Source: an uncultured Actinomycetes bacterium (GTDB taxonomy: Bacteria; Actinomycetota; Thermoleophilia; UBA2241). From it: a DNA stretch of 64,000 bases. A program made the position numbers and the translations under genes. This document shows, piece after piece, positions 53,089 to 61,283 of the stretch (its first letter is position 1; every line of letters starts with the position of its first letter). Where the stretch lies: positions 128,001 to 192,000 of the forward strand of contig CAVPVX010000007.1 in NCBI GenBank assembly GCA_963709345.1. Reading direction: 5' to 3'. Under the pieces are notes generated by a model, which worked only from the letters and a program-made list of their open reading frames with translations, searched no databases and had not been told where the DNA came from.

Positions 53089-54024
53089 ATGACGGCCCCG
53101 CCTCGGCACGACGAACTGCGCGACCGCTTCCGCGGCACGCTGCTCGGCCTCGCCGTCGGCGAGGCCCTCGGCGCGCCCGCCGAGTTCCTCACGCCCGACC
53201 AGATCGTCGCGAAGTACGGCTTCATCACCGAGATGATCGGCGGCGGCTGTCACGAAGTGGACGCCGGAGAGGCGACCGACGCGGTGGGCATGATGCTCTG
53301 CCTCGCGGAGAGCCTGACCGACACCGACGGCTTCGACCCCGAAGACGTCATGCGCCGGTACCTCGCCTGGTTCGAGACGTCTCCGGTGGACGTGAGCCTC
53401 ACCGTCCGCACCGTCCTCCTCAGCCACCGCGCCGGCACGCACTGGGATCTCGCTTCCAGACGCGGGCACGAGATCCTCGGCAGCCCAGTCGCCGGCAACG
53501 GCAGCCTGATGCGCTGCGCCCCGATCGCGCTGCTCTATCTGGACGACGCCGAGAAGCGACGCGTCGTGTCGCAGCGCGAGTCGATGCTGACCCACTTCGA
53601 CGGGCTCGCAGGCTCTTCGTGCGCGGCCTTCAACGACCTCATAGCCGGCGCCGTGGCGAGCGATCTGCGGGGGAGCCTCGGCACCGTAGCGCTGGCCTTC
53701 GACGACGAGGATCGCCGCGTGAGCACGACACTCCGCGAAGCGGCGATCGCCGAGCCGGAGGAGATCGGCAGTTCCGCCCTCGTCCTCGACACCTTGCGCA
53801 CCGCTGTCTGGGCGGTCCTACGCACGGCGTCCTTCGAAGAGGCCCTCTGCCTCACCGTCAACCTGGGCGGCGACGCCGACACCACCGCCGCCGTCGCCGG
53901 CGCCCTTGCCGGAGCCGTGTACGGTGAGTCGGGCATTCCGGACCGCTGGCTCGCTCCGCTGCTGCTTCGGGAACGTGTCGCTGCCGCCGCCGACCGCCTC
54001 GCCGCCGCTGCGGGTCACGGCTGA
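53089..54024 (+). CDS. ADP-ribosylglycohydrolase family protein with altered motifs
   Basis: RGTLLGLAVGEALG, GNGSLMRCAP, LTH, NLGGDADTTAAVAGALAGA.YG..GIP..W. The usual TDDT reads TDAV. Confidence 0.88.
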   Translation: MTAPPRHDELRDRFRGTLLGLAVGEALGAPAEFLTPDQIVAKYGFITEMIGGGCHEVDAGEATDAVGMMLCLAESLTDTDGFDPEDVMRRYLAWFETSPVDVSLTVRTVLLSHRAGTHWDLASRRGHEILGSPVAGNGSLMRCAPIALLYLDDAEKRRVVSQRESMLTHFDGLAGSSCAAFNDLIAGAVASDLRGSLGTVALAFDDEDRRVSTTLREAAIAEPEEIGSSALVLDTLRTAVWAVLRTASFEEALCLTVNLGGDADTTAAVAGALAGAVYGESGIPDRWLAPLLLRERVAAAADRLAAAAGHG

Positions 54025-54060
54025 CACCGGAGCGGCGCCCGGCAGATGAGCCGACGGCGG

Positions 54061-54111
54061 TTGCAGCCTCAGCGTTCACTCTTTACTGTACGTCGTTGAC
54101 GTTGTGTACGT
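54061..54111 (+). promoter_or_regulatory. Promoter and candidate operator of the GbsR/MarR-RND operon
   Basis: TTGCAG-N17-TACTGT, followed by the inverted repeat ACGTC-GTT-GACGT (54090-54102). TGTACGT occurs twice. Confidence 0.55.
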
Positions 54112-54128
54112 AGCCAAGACGAGAGGCG

Positions 54129-54668
54129 ATGATGGAAGACCGCGAGAGAAGCCGTGAACAGCGGCTCCTGGCCGAGGAGTTCGGTCTTCTCTTCGAAGAG
54201 ATGGGCCGCACCCGCATGGACGGGCGCGTCTCGGCCTGGCTCTTGCTCGCGGATCCTCCCGTCCAGTCCCTGACGGAGATCGCCACGGCCCTCGGCGTCA
54301 GCAAGGCGGCTGCGAGCACTGCCGCCCGGTCGCTGCTGCAGACGGGTATGGTCGAGCGTGTCAGCGAGCCGGGCCGGCGCGGTGACTCCTACCGCTCCCT
54401 GCCCGGCGAACTCGAGGGCGTGCTCCAGATCGACCACATCGAGAGGCTGGGTCGTCTCGTCGATCGTTGCCTGACCCTCGTCGCCGACAAGGACCAGGCC
54501 CAGTCCAACTACGCGCTGCTTCACGAGTTGCGCGACTTTCTCGACTTCCTGCACACCGAGATACCCGGGCTGATGGCTCGCTGGCGGTCACGACAGGAGG
54601 CCGGCGCCCGCACGTCCCGGGCCGGCGCCCACGACACAGACGTTCTCGACTTCGGAGGGACCACGTGA
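54129..54668 (+). CDS. GbsR/MarR family transcriptional regulator
   Basis: FEEMGRTRMDGRVSAWLLL, SLTEIATALGVSKAAASTAARSL, VERVSEPGRRGDSY. Confidence 0.88.
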   Translation: MMEDRERSREQRLLAEEFGLLFEEMGRTRMDGRVSAWLLLADPPVQSLTEIATALGVSKAAASTAARSLLQTGMVERVSEPGRRGDSYRSLPGELEGVLQIDHIERLGRLVDRCLTLVADKDQAQSNYALLHELRDFLDFLHTEIPGLMARWRSRQEAGARTSRAGAHDTDVLDFGGTT

Positions 54669-57600
54669 GCCGACTCACCAGGATCGCCCTGCAGAACCGC
54701 TCCGTCGTGGCCCTCGCGGTCGTCGCCGTGCTCGTCGCCGGCGTCTTCGCCGCCGTGTCGCTCAAGCAGGAGCTGATCCCCAACCTCAACTTCCCGTACC
54801 TGACCATCCTCACCGTGGACCCGGGCGCGGCGGCGACCGACGTCGAGCGCGACGTGACGACGCCGATCGAGCAGGCGATCAAGTCGTCGGCGGCCATCAA
54901 GACGCTCCAGTCGTACTCGAACGACGGGCTGAGCATCATCATGGCCGAGTACGAGTTCGGCACCGACATGGATCAGGCGCAGAGCGAGCTCCAGGCGAGC
55001 GTCGCCCGCGTGCAGCCGATGCTGCCCCAGGGCGCCCAGGCGCCCACGGTGGCGAAGTTCGACTTCGGGTCGACGCCGGTCGTCCAGCTCGCAGTGACGT
55101 CGGAGCTGCCGGCCCGGCAGCTCGCGCTGCTGCTCAACACCCGCGTCGTGCCGGAGCTTCAGGCCATCTCGGGAGTCGAGGCGGTCACGCTCTCCGGCGC
55201 GCAGACGGAGCAGCTCCTCATCGAGCTGAGGCCCGAGGCGATGACCAACGGCGCCGTGGCGCCGGAGGCTATCGTCGGCGCCATCCAGGGCGCCAACCTC
55301 GCCGTCGGCGCCGGGTCGCTCGACTCGGGCAGTCTCGTCGTGCCGGTCACCGTCAGGCAGGCCGCGACGACGGCGCGCGCTTACCGCAAGCTCGTCATCG
55401 GGCCGGCCGGCGGCTCTCAGTCCACGGCCGGCGCGGGATCGGCGGCGGCGGTACGGCTCGGCGACATCGCCACGGTCTCAGTGGCGCCGGCCCCCGTGAC
55501 GGCGCTGACCAGGACCGACGGCGAGCCGTCGGTCGGCATCTCGATCAGCAAGTCCCGTGACGGCAATACCGTGCGCGTGGCGAGCGCCATCCAGGACGCC
55601 CTGCCCGGCATCCGCGCCGCCCTTGGTGAACAGACCACCGTGACCGTGGTGCAGGACCAGGCGACGTTCATCACCGCGAGCATCCGCTCGATGTGGCACG
55701 AAGGCTTCATCGGGGCGCTCTTCGCCGTCCTCGTCATCTGGGCGTTCCTGCGCAACTGGCGCAGCACGATCATCGCCGGCGTCTCGATCCCCCTCAGCGT
55801 CCTCGGCGCCCTGATCATCCTCTGGTCGCGCGGCGACTCGCTCAACATGCTCACGCTCGGCGGTCTCACGATCGCCATCGGCCGCGTCATCGACGACTCC
55901 ATCGTCGTGATCGAGAACGCCTACCGGCACCTCCAGGAGGGCGACGACGCCCGGACCGCCGCCTACACCGCGACGCGGGAGGTGGCCGGGGCGATCACGG
56001 CGAGTACGCTGACCACCGTCGCCGTATTCCTGCCGCTCGGCTTCATTGAGGGCCTCTCGTCTGAGTTCTTCCGGCCCTTCGCCTGGACGGTGACGTTCGC
56101 GCTGCTGGCCAGCCTGCTCGTGGCCCTCACCGTCATCCCGGTGATGGTGACGTGGCTGCTGAACAAGAAGCTCGTGGGCCACCGCGAGGCCGACGACACG
56201 ACGCGCATCCAGCGCGCCTACCTGCCTCCGCTCAAGTGGGCGCTCTCGCACAAGCTGGTGACCCTCGGGCTGGCGCTCATCGCCTTCCTCGGGACCATGG
56301 CGCTCGCGCCTCTCCTCAGCACGAACCTCTTCGACAACTCGACCCAGAACACGATGACCGTCATCCAGCAGCTGCCGCCGGGAACCAGCCTTGAGACAAC
56401 CTCGAGCGCCGCCGAGAAGATCGAAGCGGTGCTGGATGAGACGTCCGGCATCGAGGTCTACCAGGTCACGATGGGAAGCACGGGGAGCCTGTTCGGGCCC
56501 GGTGGAGGGACGACCGCGTCTTCGAGCCAGGCGACGTTCACGGTCACGACCGACCCTGAAGTAGACAAGATGACGGTCATGGATGAGGTGCGTGAGGGCG
56601 TCGCCCAGCTCGACGACGTCGGCACGGTGACCGTCAGCGGCGAGGACTCCTCGATGGGTACGGGCAGCGCCGTCGAGGTCCAGGTCACCGCCGACGATCC
56701 CGCCGTGCTGAGCGAGGCGAACGCACAGGTGCTCGCGGCGGTCGAGAACGTCGACGGCCTCGTGGACGTGAAGTCCAGCCTGAGCGCCGACCGCCAGCAG
56801 GTGGCCGTACAGGTGGACCAGGAGAAGGCGACGGCGGCCGGCGTCACCGCCGCCGCCGTCGGCCAGTACGTGACCCTGATCACCGACGGCTACCCGCTGG
56901 GCACCGTGCCTTCGGCCGGCGGCCCGATCCCGGCGACGATCGCCGTGCCGGGCTTCACGGTACCGCCCCTCCCCGGCGCCACTGCCATGGTCGTCGAGAA
57001 GCTGCCCATGCCGGGTACGGCGGGCATGGTGCCGATCGGGTCCATCGCCAAAGTCGCGATGGTCGAGGCACCGGTCCAGATCACGCACGTCGGCGCGCGC
57101 CGCACGGCGACCATCAGTGCCACGGTCGCCGACAACAACATCGGCGCCGCCTCGGGCAACGTACAGACGGCCCTCGACGGCGTCACGCTGCCGGAAGGCG
57201 CCGAGTGGAAGCTCGCCGGCGCCTCACAGCAGACGGAAGACGTGTTCCGCACACTCGGCATCGCAATGGTCATCGCCGTCATGCTCGTCTACATCATCAT
57301 GGTCGCGACCTTCCGCAGCCTCCTCAACCCGCTGATCCTGCTGGTGAGCATCCCGTTCGCCGGCGTCGGCGCCGTGATCCTGCTTCTGGTCACGGGTACG
57401 AGCCTGGGCATGGTCGGCATGATCGGCGCGCTGATGCTCGTCGGGATCGTCGTCACGAACGCTATCGTCCTGCTCGACCTCATCGAGCAGTTCCGCCGCC
57501 AGGGCATGGCCGCCTACGAGGCGGTGATCGAGGGCGGTCGCCGGCGCCTGCGCCCGATCCTGATGACCGCCTTCGCAACGATCCTGGCGCTCACGCCGAT

Positions 57601-57790
57601 GGCGCTCGGGTTCGGCGAGGGCTCGTTCCTCTCGGCGCAGCTCGCCATCGTCGTCATCGGCGGCCTCTTCAGCTCGACGATGCTGACGCTGATCATCGTA
57701 CCCGTGCTGTACCTCGCCCTGGATCGGCTGCGCAGCCGACGCCCGGGGGCGGACCCGGCGACGCTCGAGGCAGGCGCCGCCGAGGTCTGA
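54665..57790 (+). CDS. RND family efflux transporter (AcrB/SwrC-like)
   Basis: GTGA overlap with the regulator. SLNMLTLGGLTIAIGRVIDDSIVVIEN, STLTTVAVFLP, GIVVTNAIVLLD, RLRPILMT. Confidence 0.93.
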   Translation: MSRLTRIALQNRSVVALAVVAVLVAGVFAAVSLKQELIPNLNFPYLTILTVDPGAAATDVERDVTTPIEQAIKSSAAIKTLQSYSNDGLSIIMAEYEFGTDMDQAQSELQASVARVQPMLPQGAQAPTVAKFDFGSTPVVQLAVTSELPARQLALLLNTRVVPELQAISGVEAVTLSGAQTEQLLIELRPEAMTNGAVAPEAIVGAIQGANLAVGAGSLDSGSLVVPVTVRQAATTARAYRKLVIGPAGGSQSTAGAGSAAAVRLGDIATVSVAPAPVTALTRTDGEPSVGISISKSRDGNTVRVASAIQDALPGIRAALGEQTTVTVVQDQATFITASIRSMWHEGFIGALFAVLVIWAFLRNWRSTIIAGVSIPLSVLGALIILWSRGDSLNMLTLGGLTIAIGRVIDDSIVVIENAYRHLQEGDDARTAAYTATREVAGAITASTLTTVAVFLPLGFIEGLSSEFFRPFAWTVTFALLASLLVALTVIPVMVTWLLNKKLVGHREADDTTRIQRAYLPPLKWALSHKLVTLGLALIAFLGTMALAPLLSTNLFDNSTQNTMTVIQQLPPGTSLETTSSAAEKIEAVLDETSGIEVYQVTMGSTGSLFGPGGGTTASSSQATFTVTTDPEVDKMTVMDEVREGVAQLDDVGTVTVSGEDSSMGTGSAVEVQVTADDPAVLSEANAQVLAAVENVDGLVDVKSSLSADRQQVAVQVDQEKATAAGVTAAAVGQYVTLITDGYPLGTVPSAGGPIPATIAVPGFTVPPLPGATAMVVEKLPMPGTAGMVPIGSIAKVAMVEAPVQITHVGARRTATISATVADNNIGAASGNVQTALDGVTLPEGAEWKLAGASQQTEDVFRTLGIAMVIAVMLVYIIMVATFRSLLNPLILLVSIPFAGVGAVILLLVTGTSLGMVGMIGALMLVGIVVTNAIVLLDLIEQFRRQGMAAYEAVIEGGRRRLRPILMTAFATILALTPMALGFGEGSFLSAQLAIVVIGGLFSSTMLTLIIVPVLYLALDRLRSRRPGADPATLEAGAAEV

Positions 57791-57819
57791 GGCCGCGGAG
57801 GCCGGGATCGCCCGGCGCC

Positions 57820-57846
57820 GTGATGCCCGCCGTTTCCCTGGGGTAC
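57820..57846 (+). promoter_or_regulatory. Putative SigB/SigF-type promoter of the ferritin-like gene
   Basis: GTGAT-N16-GGGTAC, the same geometry as the motif at 47354-47380. Confidence 0.45.
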
Positions 57847-57907
57847 TCTCACAGGAGTGGCCGCGCCGCATCGCGGCCGAACAGAAGACCTCATGGGAGG
57901 AGCGACA

Positions 57908-58417
57908 GTGGCCAAGCAGACTGCGAAGAAGACCGCCAAGAAGGCCGCCGCGAAGTCGGCGGCGCGCCCTCGCGCCGCGACGCCCCGCGCGCCGCGCGCG
58001 GTGACGAAAACGCAACTCGTCGACCTGCTCAACGACGACCTCACGAAGGAATACTCGGCGCTGATCCAGTACGTGCAGCACGCCTCGGTGATCACCGGGC
58101 CGCAGTACGACGCCATCTCGGCCGAGCTCACCGTGCACTCCAATGAGGAGCACCAGCACGCGATCACGCTGTCCGACCAGATCGACTTCCTCGGTGGCGT
58201 CCCTGTCGTCGACGTCGCCGACATCCACATCTCACCCGACAGCAAGGTGATGCTGGAGCAGGACCTCGAAGGCGAGCTCGATGCGATCGCCCGCTACCGC
58301 GAGCGCATCGCCCAGGCGGAGAAGCTGCAGGAGTACGGCCTGCGTCGCGCGCTCGAGGACATCCTCGTGATCGAAGAAGAGCACGCCCGCGACCTGCAGA
58401 GCGCGCTCGACCTCTGA
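57908..58417 (+). CDS. Bacterioferritin-like ferroxidase with a Lys/Ala/Arg-rich N-terminal tail
   Basis: GGAGGAG RBS and GTG. Diiron pattern KEYSALIQY, EEHQH, LGGVP, GELDAIARY and EEEH. Confidence 0.88.
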   Translation: MAKQTAKKTAKKAAAKSAARPRAATPRAPRAVTKTQLVDLLNDDLTKEYSALIQYVQHASVITGPQYDAISAELTVHSNEEHQHAITLSDQIDFLGGVPVVDVADIHISPDSKVMLEQDLEGELDAIARYRERIAQAEKLQEYGLRRALEDILVIEEEHARDLQSALDL

Positions 58418-58505
58418 GAGCCTGTACCGACGCGCGGGCCGCGCGCGAGGCGTGCCGCACGTGGCCCGCGCGTCGCAGAGACGCTGCCCGGCTCCGCGGC
58501 TCGCC

Positions 58506-59753
58506 TCAGGCGCCCCCGGCGGCGAGCGTGCGCCGGCGTCGCCAGCCGGGCGCCAGAAGCAGGAAGCAGCCGGCCCCGACGAGGCCGATCACGAGCAGCA
58601 TCGCGAACGCCTCGCGGCCTCCGTACGTATCCATCGCCCAGCCGCCGAACGCGGGCCCCAAGGCTGCTCCCCCGTTCCAGACGACCGTCCACACGCCCAT
58701 ATAGCGACCTCGCACCGCTTCGGGCGCGAGGTCTGACACCTCCGCGGATGCCACCGGCGAGAGCAACGTCTCACCGACGCTCAGCACGACGATGAGGAGC
58801 ACGAGCGACCACAGGGGGCCGGCGAATGCGGACCCTCCGATACCCAGAGCAAGGAGCCCGCTCGAGATCGCGAGGAGGATCATGCGGTTGCGACGGCGCA
58901 GAGCGCGTACCAGAGGGTACTGGACGAGCGCCACCACGCCGGCGTTCAGCGCCAGCAGATACCCCCACTCCGCCTTCGGCACGCCCAGGTAGCCGGTGAC
59001 GTAGACGGCATAGATCGAGCCGAAGTTCCCGATGCAGAAGACCGGGATGACGGCGACCAGACAGAAGATGATGAAGACGCGGTCGTGAAGGACCAGCCGG
59101 TAGCCGCTGCGCCCCTTGGCGTCCGTGTGCCGCGCCGGCCGAAGGGCGCTCGGCGGACGACTCTCCCGGATCCAGATCGCCATCATCACCACCATGAGGC
59201 CGCAGCCCAGGGCAGCGGCCAGGAAGAGTTGTCTGAAGGTCGCTCCCCGCCCGAAGGCCATCCCCGCAAGAGCCGGCCCCAGGACCACGCCCAGGTTCAT
59301 GGCCACGCGGGTGATGCCGAACCCCTCCTGGCGTTTCTCCGGGGGCAGGAGGTCGGCGATCATCGCGTTGCTCGCCGTCTGGAACAGCGGCCAGCCGAGC
59401 GCGCTCTCAAGAGCGACCAGCGCGGCGACCTGCCAGAGCTCGGTGACGAAGGCGAAGCCGATGAACCAGATCACCCCGATGAACACCGACAGCAAGATGA
59501 CGATCCGCCGCCCAAGCCGGTCGGTGAGGTGCCCTCCCCAGAACTGCACGGGCATGACCGCGAGGGGCACGAGCCCGAAGACGACGCCGATCATCGTCAT
59601 CGAGACGCCGAGGTTCTCACTCAGGTAGATGGCCTCGAACGGAAAGGCGAGCGCCGCAGCCGCGACGTAGATGAAGATGCCGAGCGTCAGCACCCAGAAC
59701 TGCGCCGGGTGCGAGCGCAGTTCGCGCACGAAGGCTCTCAGGTCGATCCTCAC
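58506..59753 (-). CDS. MFS transporter
   Basis: About 12 hydrophobic helices, motif A GHLTDRLGRR, NLGVVLGP and RGRYMG. Confidence 0.92.
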   Translation of the reverse strand: MRIDLRAFVRELRSHPAQFWVLTLGIFIYVAAAALAFPFEAIYLSENLGVSMTMIGVVFGLVPLAVMPVQFWGGHLTDRLGRRIVILLSVFIGVIWFIGFAFVTELWQVAALVALESALGWPLFQTASNAMIADLLPPEKRQEGFGITRVAMNLGVVLGPALAGMAFGRGATFRQLFLAAALGCGLMVVMMAIWIRESRPPSALRPARHTDAKGRSGYRLVLHDRVFIIFCLVAVIPVFCIGNFGSIYAVYVTGYLGVPKAEWGYLLALNAGVVALVQYPLVRALRRRNRMILLAISSGLLALGIGGSAFAGPLWSLVLLIVVLSVGETLLSPVASAEVSDLAPEAVRGRYMGVWTVVWNGGAALGPAFGGWAMDTYGGREAFAMLLVIGLVGAGCFLLLAPGWRRRRTLAAGGA

Positions 59754-59944
59754 GGGACCCATGCTATCGGAGCCGGGGGCGGCGGCGCTTCCCGGCGCGG
59801 CGGGCGCGTCCCCTGCCGTCCAACCGCCGCAGGGGCTACGATCTCGTACTCTGGCGCAATTCAGCGAAAATCGTATGGCCTCCGGCGGAGATCATGCCGC
59901 TTTGCAGCATCCCTTGAGCGCAGAACCTGCCGCCAGAGTCGCCG

Positions 59945-59987
59945 GATCTTACCCGAGTTGACAGCCGGGCAGGCGGCGGGCTAGGTT
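59945..59987 (+). promoter_or_regulatory. Leaderless promoter of HTH-GAF gene 1 with a shared upstream motif
   Basis: TTGACA-N18-TAGGTT-N6-ATG. GATCTTACCCGAGTTGAC overlaps the -35. Confidence 0.7.
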
Positions 59988-59993
59988 CGCTCC

Positions 59994-61070
59994 ATGTTGC
60001 TCACCGTGCAGCAGGCGGCCCGCCGCCTCGGCGTATCGCCGGTCACCATCCGCCGCTGGACGGCGACCGGCTTCCTCCCGTGCGCCCGCACCGCGGGCGG
60101 TCATCGCCGCATCGACGAGCACGACATCGACGATCTCGCCCGCTCGATCGGCAACAGCAATCACCTCGCCGCCCAGCTCGCCCGCGAACGTGAGGTCGAC
60201 GTGCTCGTCAACACCTCCGTGGCACTCGCCGTCAAGCTCGACCTCACCGAGTTGCTGCTCGAGATCGCCATGCGCATGACGAGCCTTCTCGACTGTCACT
60301 TCTGCGCCATCTCGGAGTACGATCCCGACACCGAGGCAGTCCGCACGCTCGCCGAGTACGACCACGCCGGGCACCGTCTGCCGGACGCCAGCCCGTACCT
60401 GCTGAGCGACTTCCCCCTGACCTACCGTGTACTCAGTACGCAGACGACCGCCGTCGTGAACGTCGACGATCCTCACGCCGACCCGGCCGAGGTCGCCGAG
60501 CTCCGGCGGGAGGGCGACCGCAGTCTCCTCATGGTCCCCCTCGTGGTGCAGGGACGCAGCATCGGGCTCCTCGAGGTCGTCGACCAGAAGCGCTCGCGAG
60601 AGTACACCCGCCAGCAGTTCCGTCTTGCAGGCGCCATCGCCGGTCAGGCGGCGGTGGCCATCCAGAACGCCAAGCTCTTCGCCGAGCGCCGCCGGAGCGA
60701 CGAGGACGTCTCGAGTCTTCGCCGGGCGCTCGCGTGCCTTACGGCGCGCGTCCCCGGCTTGCAGACCGGCGGACGCCGCAGCGACTTCCTCTCGGCCCTC
60801 GCCGAGGCCCTCTGCGAAGCGCTCGGAGCCATCTCCTGTGTCGCCAGCGCCGACGGCGAGAGCGCCGGCGCGTTCGGCGCCGGCCACGCCGCCGACCTGC
60901 GGCAGACAGGCGCCGATCGCGGCACCACTGCCAGCCTCGTCGTCGCCCGTGACCCCTCTGGAAGCACCGACCTCACGCTCGCGGTCACCTTTCCGCGGCC
61001 GCCCGGCGAGGGCCAGGTCGAGCTGCTCGACTTCTTCGCCGCCACGGCGGCCGCGCTCTCGACGAAGTAG
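59994..61070 (+). CDS. BldC/excisionase-like (MerR-type) HTH regulator with GAF domain, paralogue 1
   Basis: LLTVQQAARRLGVSPVTIRRW..TGFLPCARTAGGHRRI; GAF SLLMVPLVVQGRSIGLLEV...IAGQAAVAIQNAKLF. Confidence 0.87.
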   Translation: MLLTVQQAARRLGVSPVTIRRWTATGFLPCARTAGGHRRIDEHDIDDLARSIGNSNHLAAQLAREREVDVLVNTSVALAVKLDLTELLLEIAMRMTSLLDCHFCAISEYDPDTEAVRTLAEYDHAGHRLPDASPYLLSDFPLTYRVLSTQTTAVVNVDDPHADPAEVAELRREGDRSLLMVPLVVQGRSIGLLEVVDQKRSREYTRQQFRLAGAIAGQAAVAIQNAKLFAERRRSDEDVSSLRRALACLTARVPGLQTGGRRSDFLSALAEALCEALGAISCVASADGESAGAFGAGHAADLRQTGADRGTTASLVVARDPSGSTDLTLAVTFPRPPGEGQVELLDFFAATAAALSTK

Positions 61071-61235
61071 CAGTCCGCCGCGTTTCGTCGACGAAGCCGA
61101 GATTCTCGGTGCAAGGCCGGACTTGCTCCCTGAATCGTCACAGTCGGTACCGAATCAAACGTCGTCATTCGCGCCGTTTTGCTGGCCTTTCATGATCGTC
61201 AGACGACACCCGAAGTTAGCATAAGTGACGCCGAC

Positions 61236-61277
61236 GAACTTGCACGAGTTGACCCTGGTCCAGTATGCAGATAGCTT
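61236..61277 (+). promoter_or_regulatory. Leaderless promoter of HTH-GAF gene 2 with a shared upstream motif
   Basis: TTGACC-N17-TAGCTT-N6-ATG. GAACTTGCACGAGTTGAC overlaps the -35. Confidence 0.7.
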
Positions 61278-61283
61278 CTGCCC

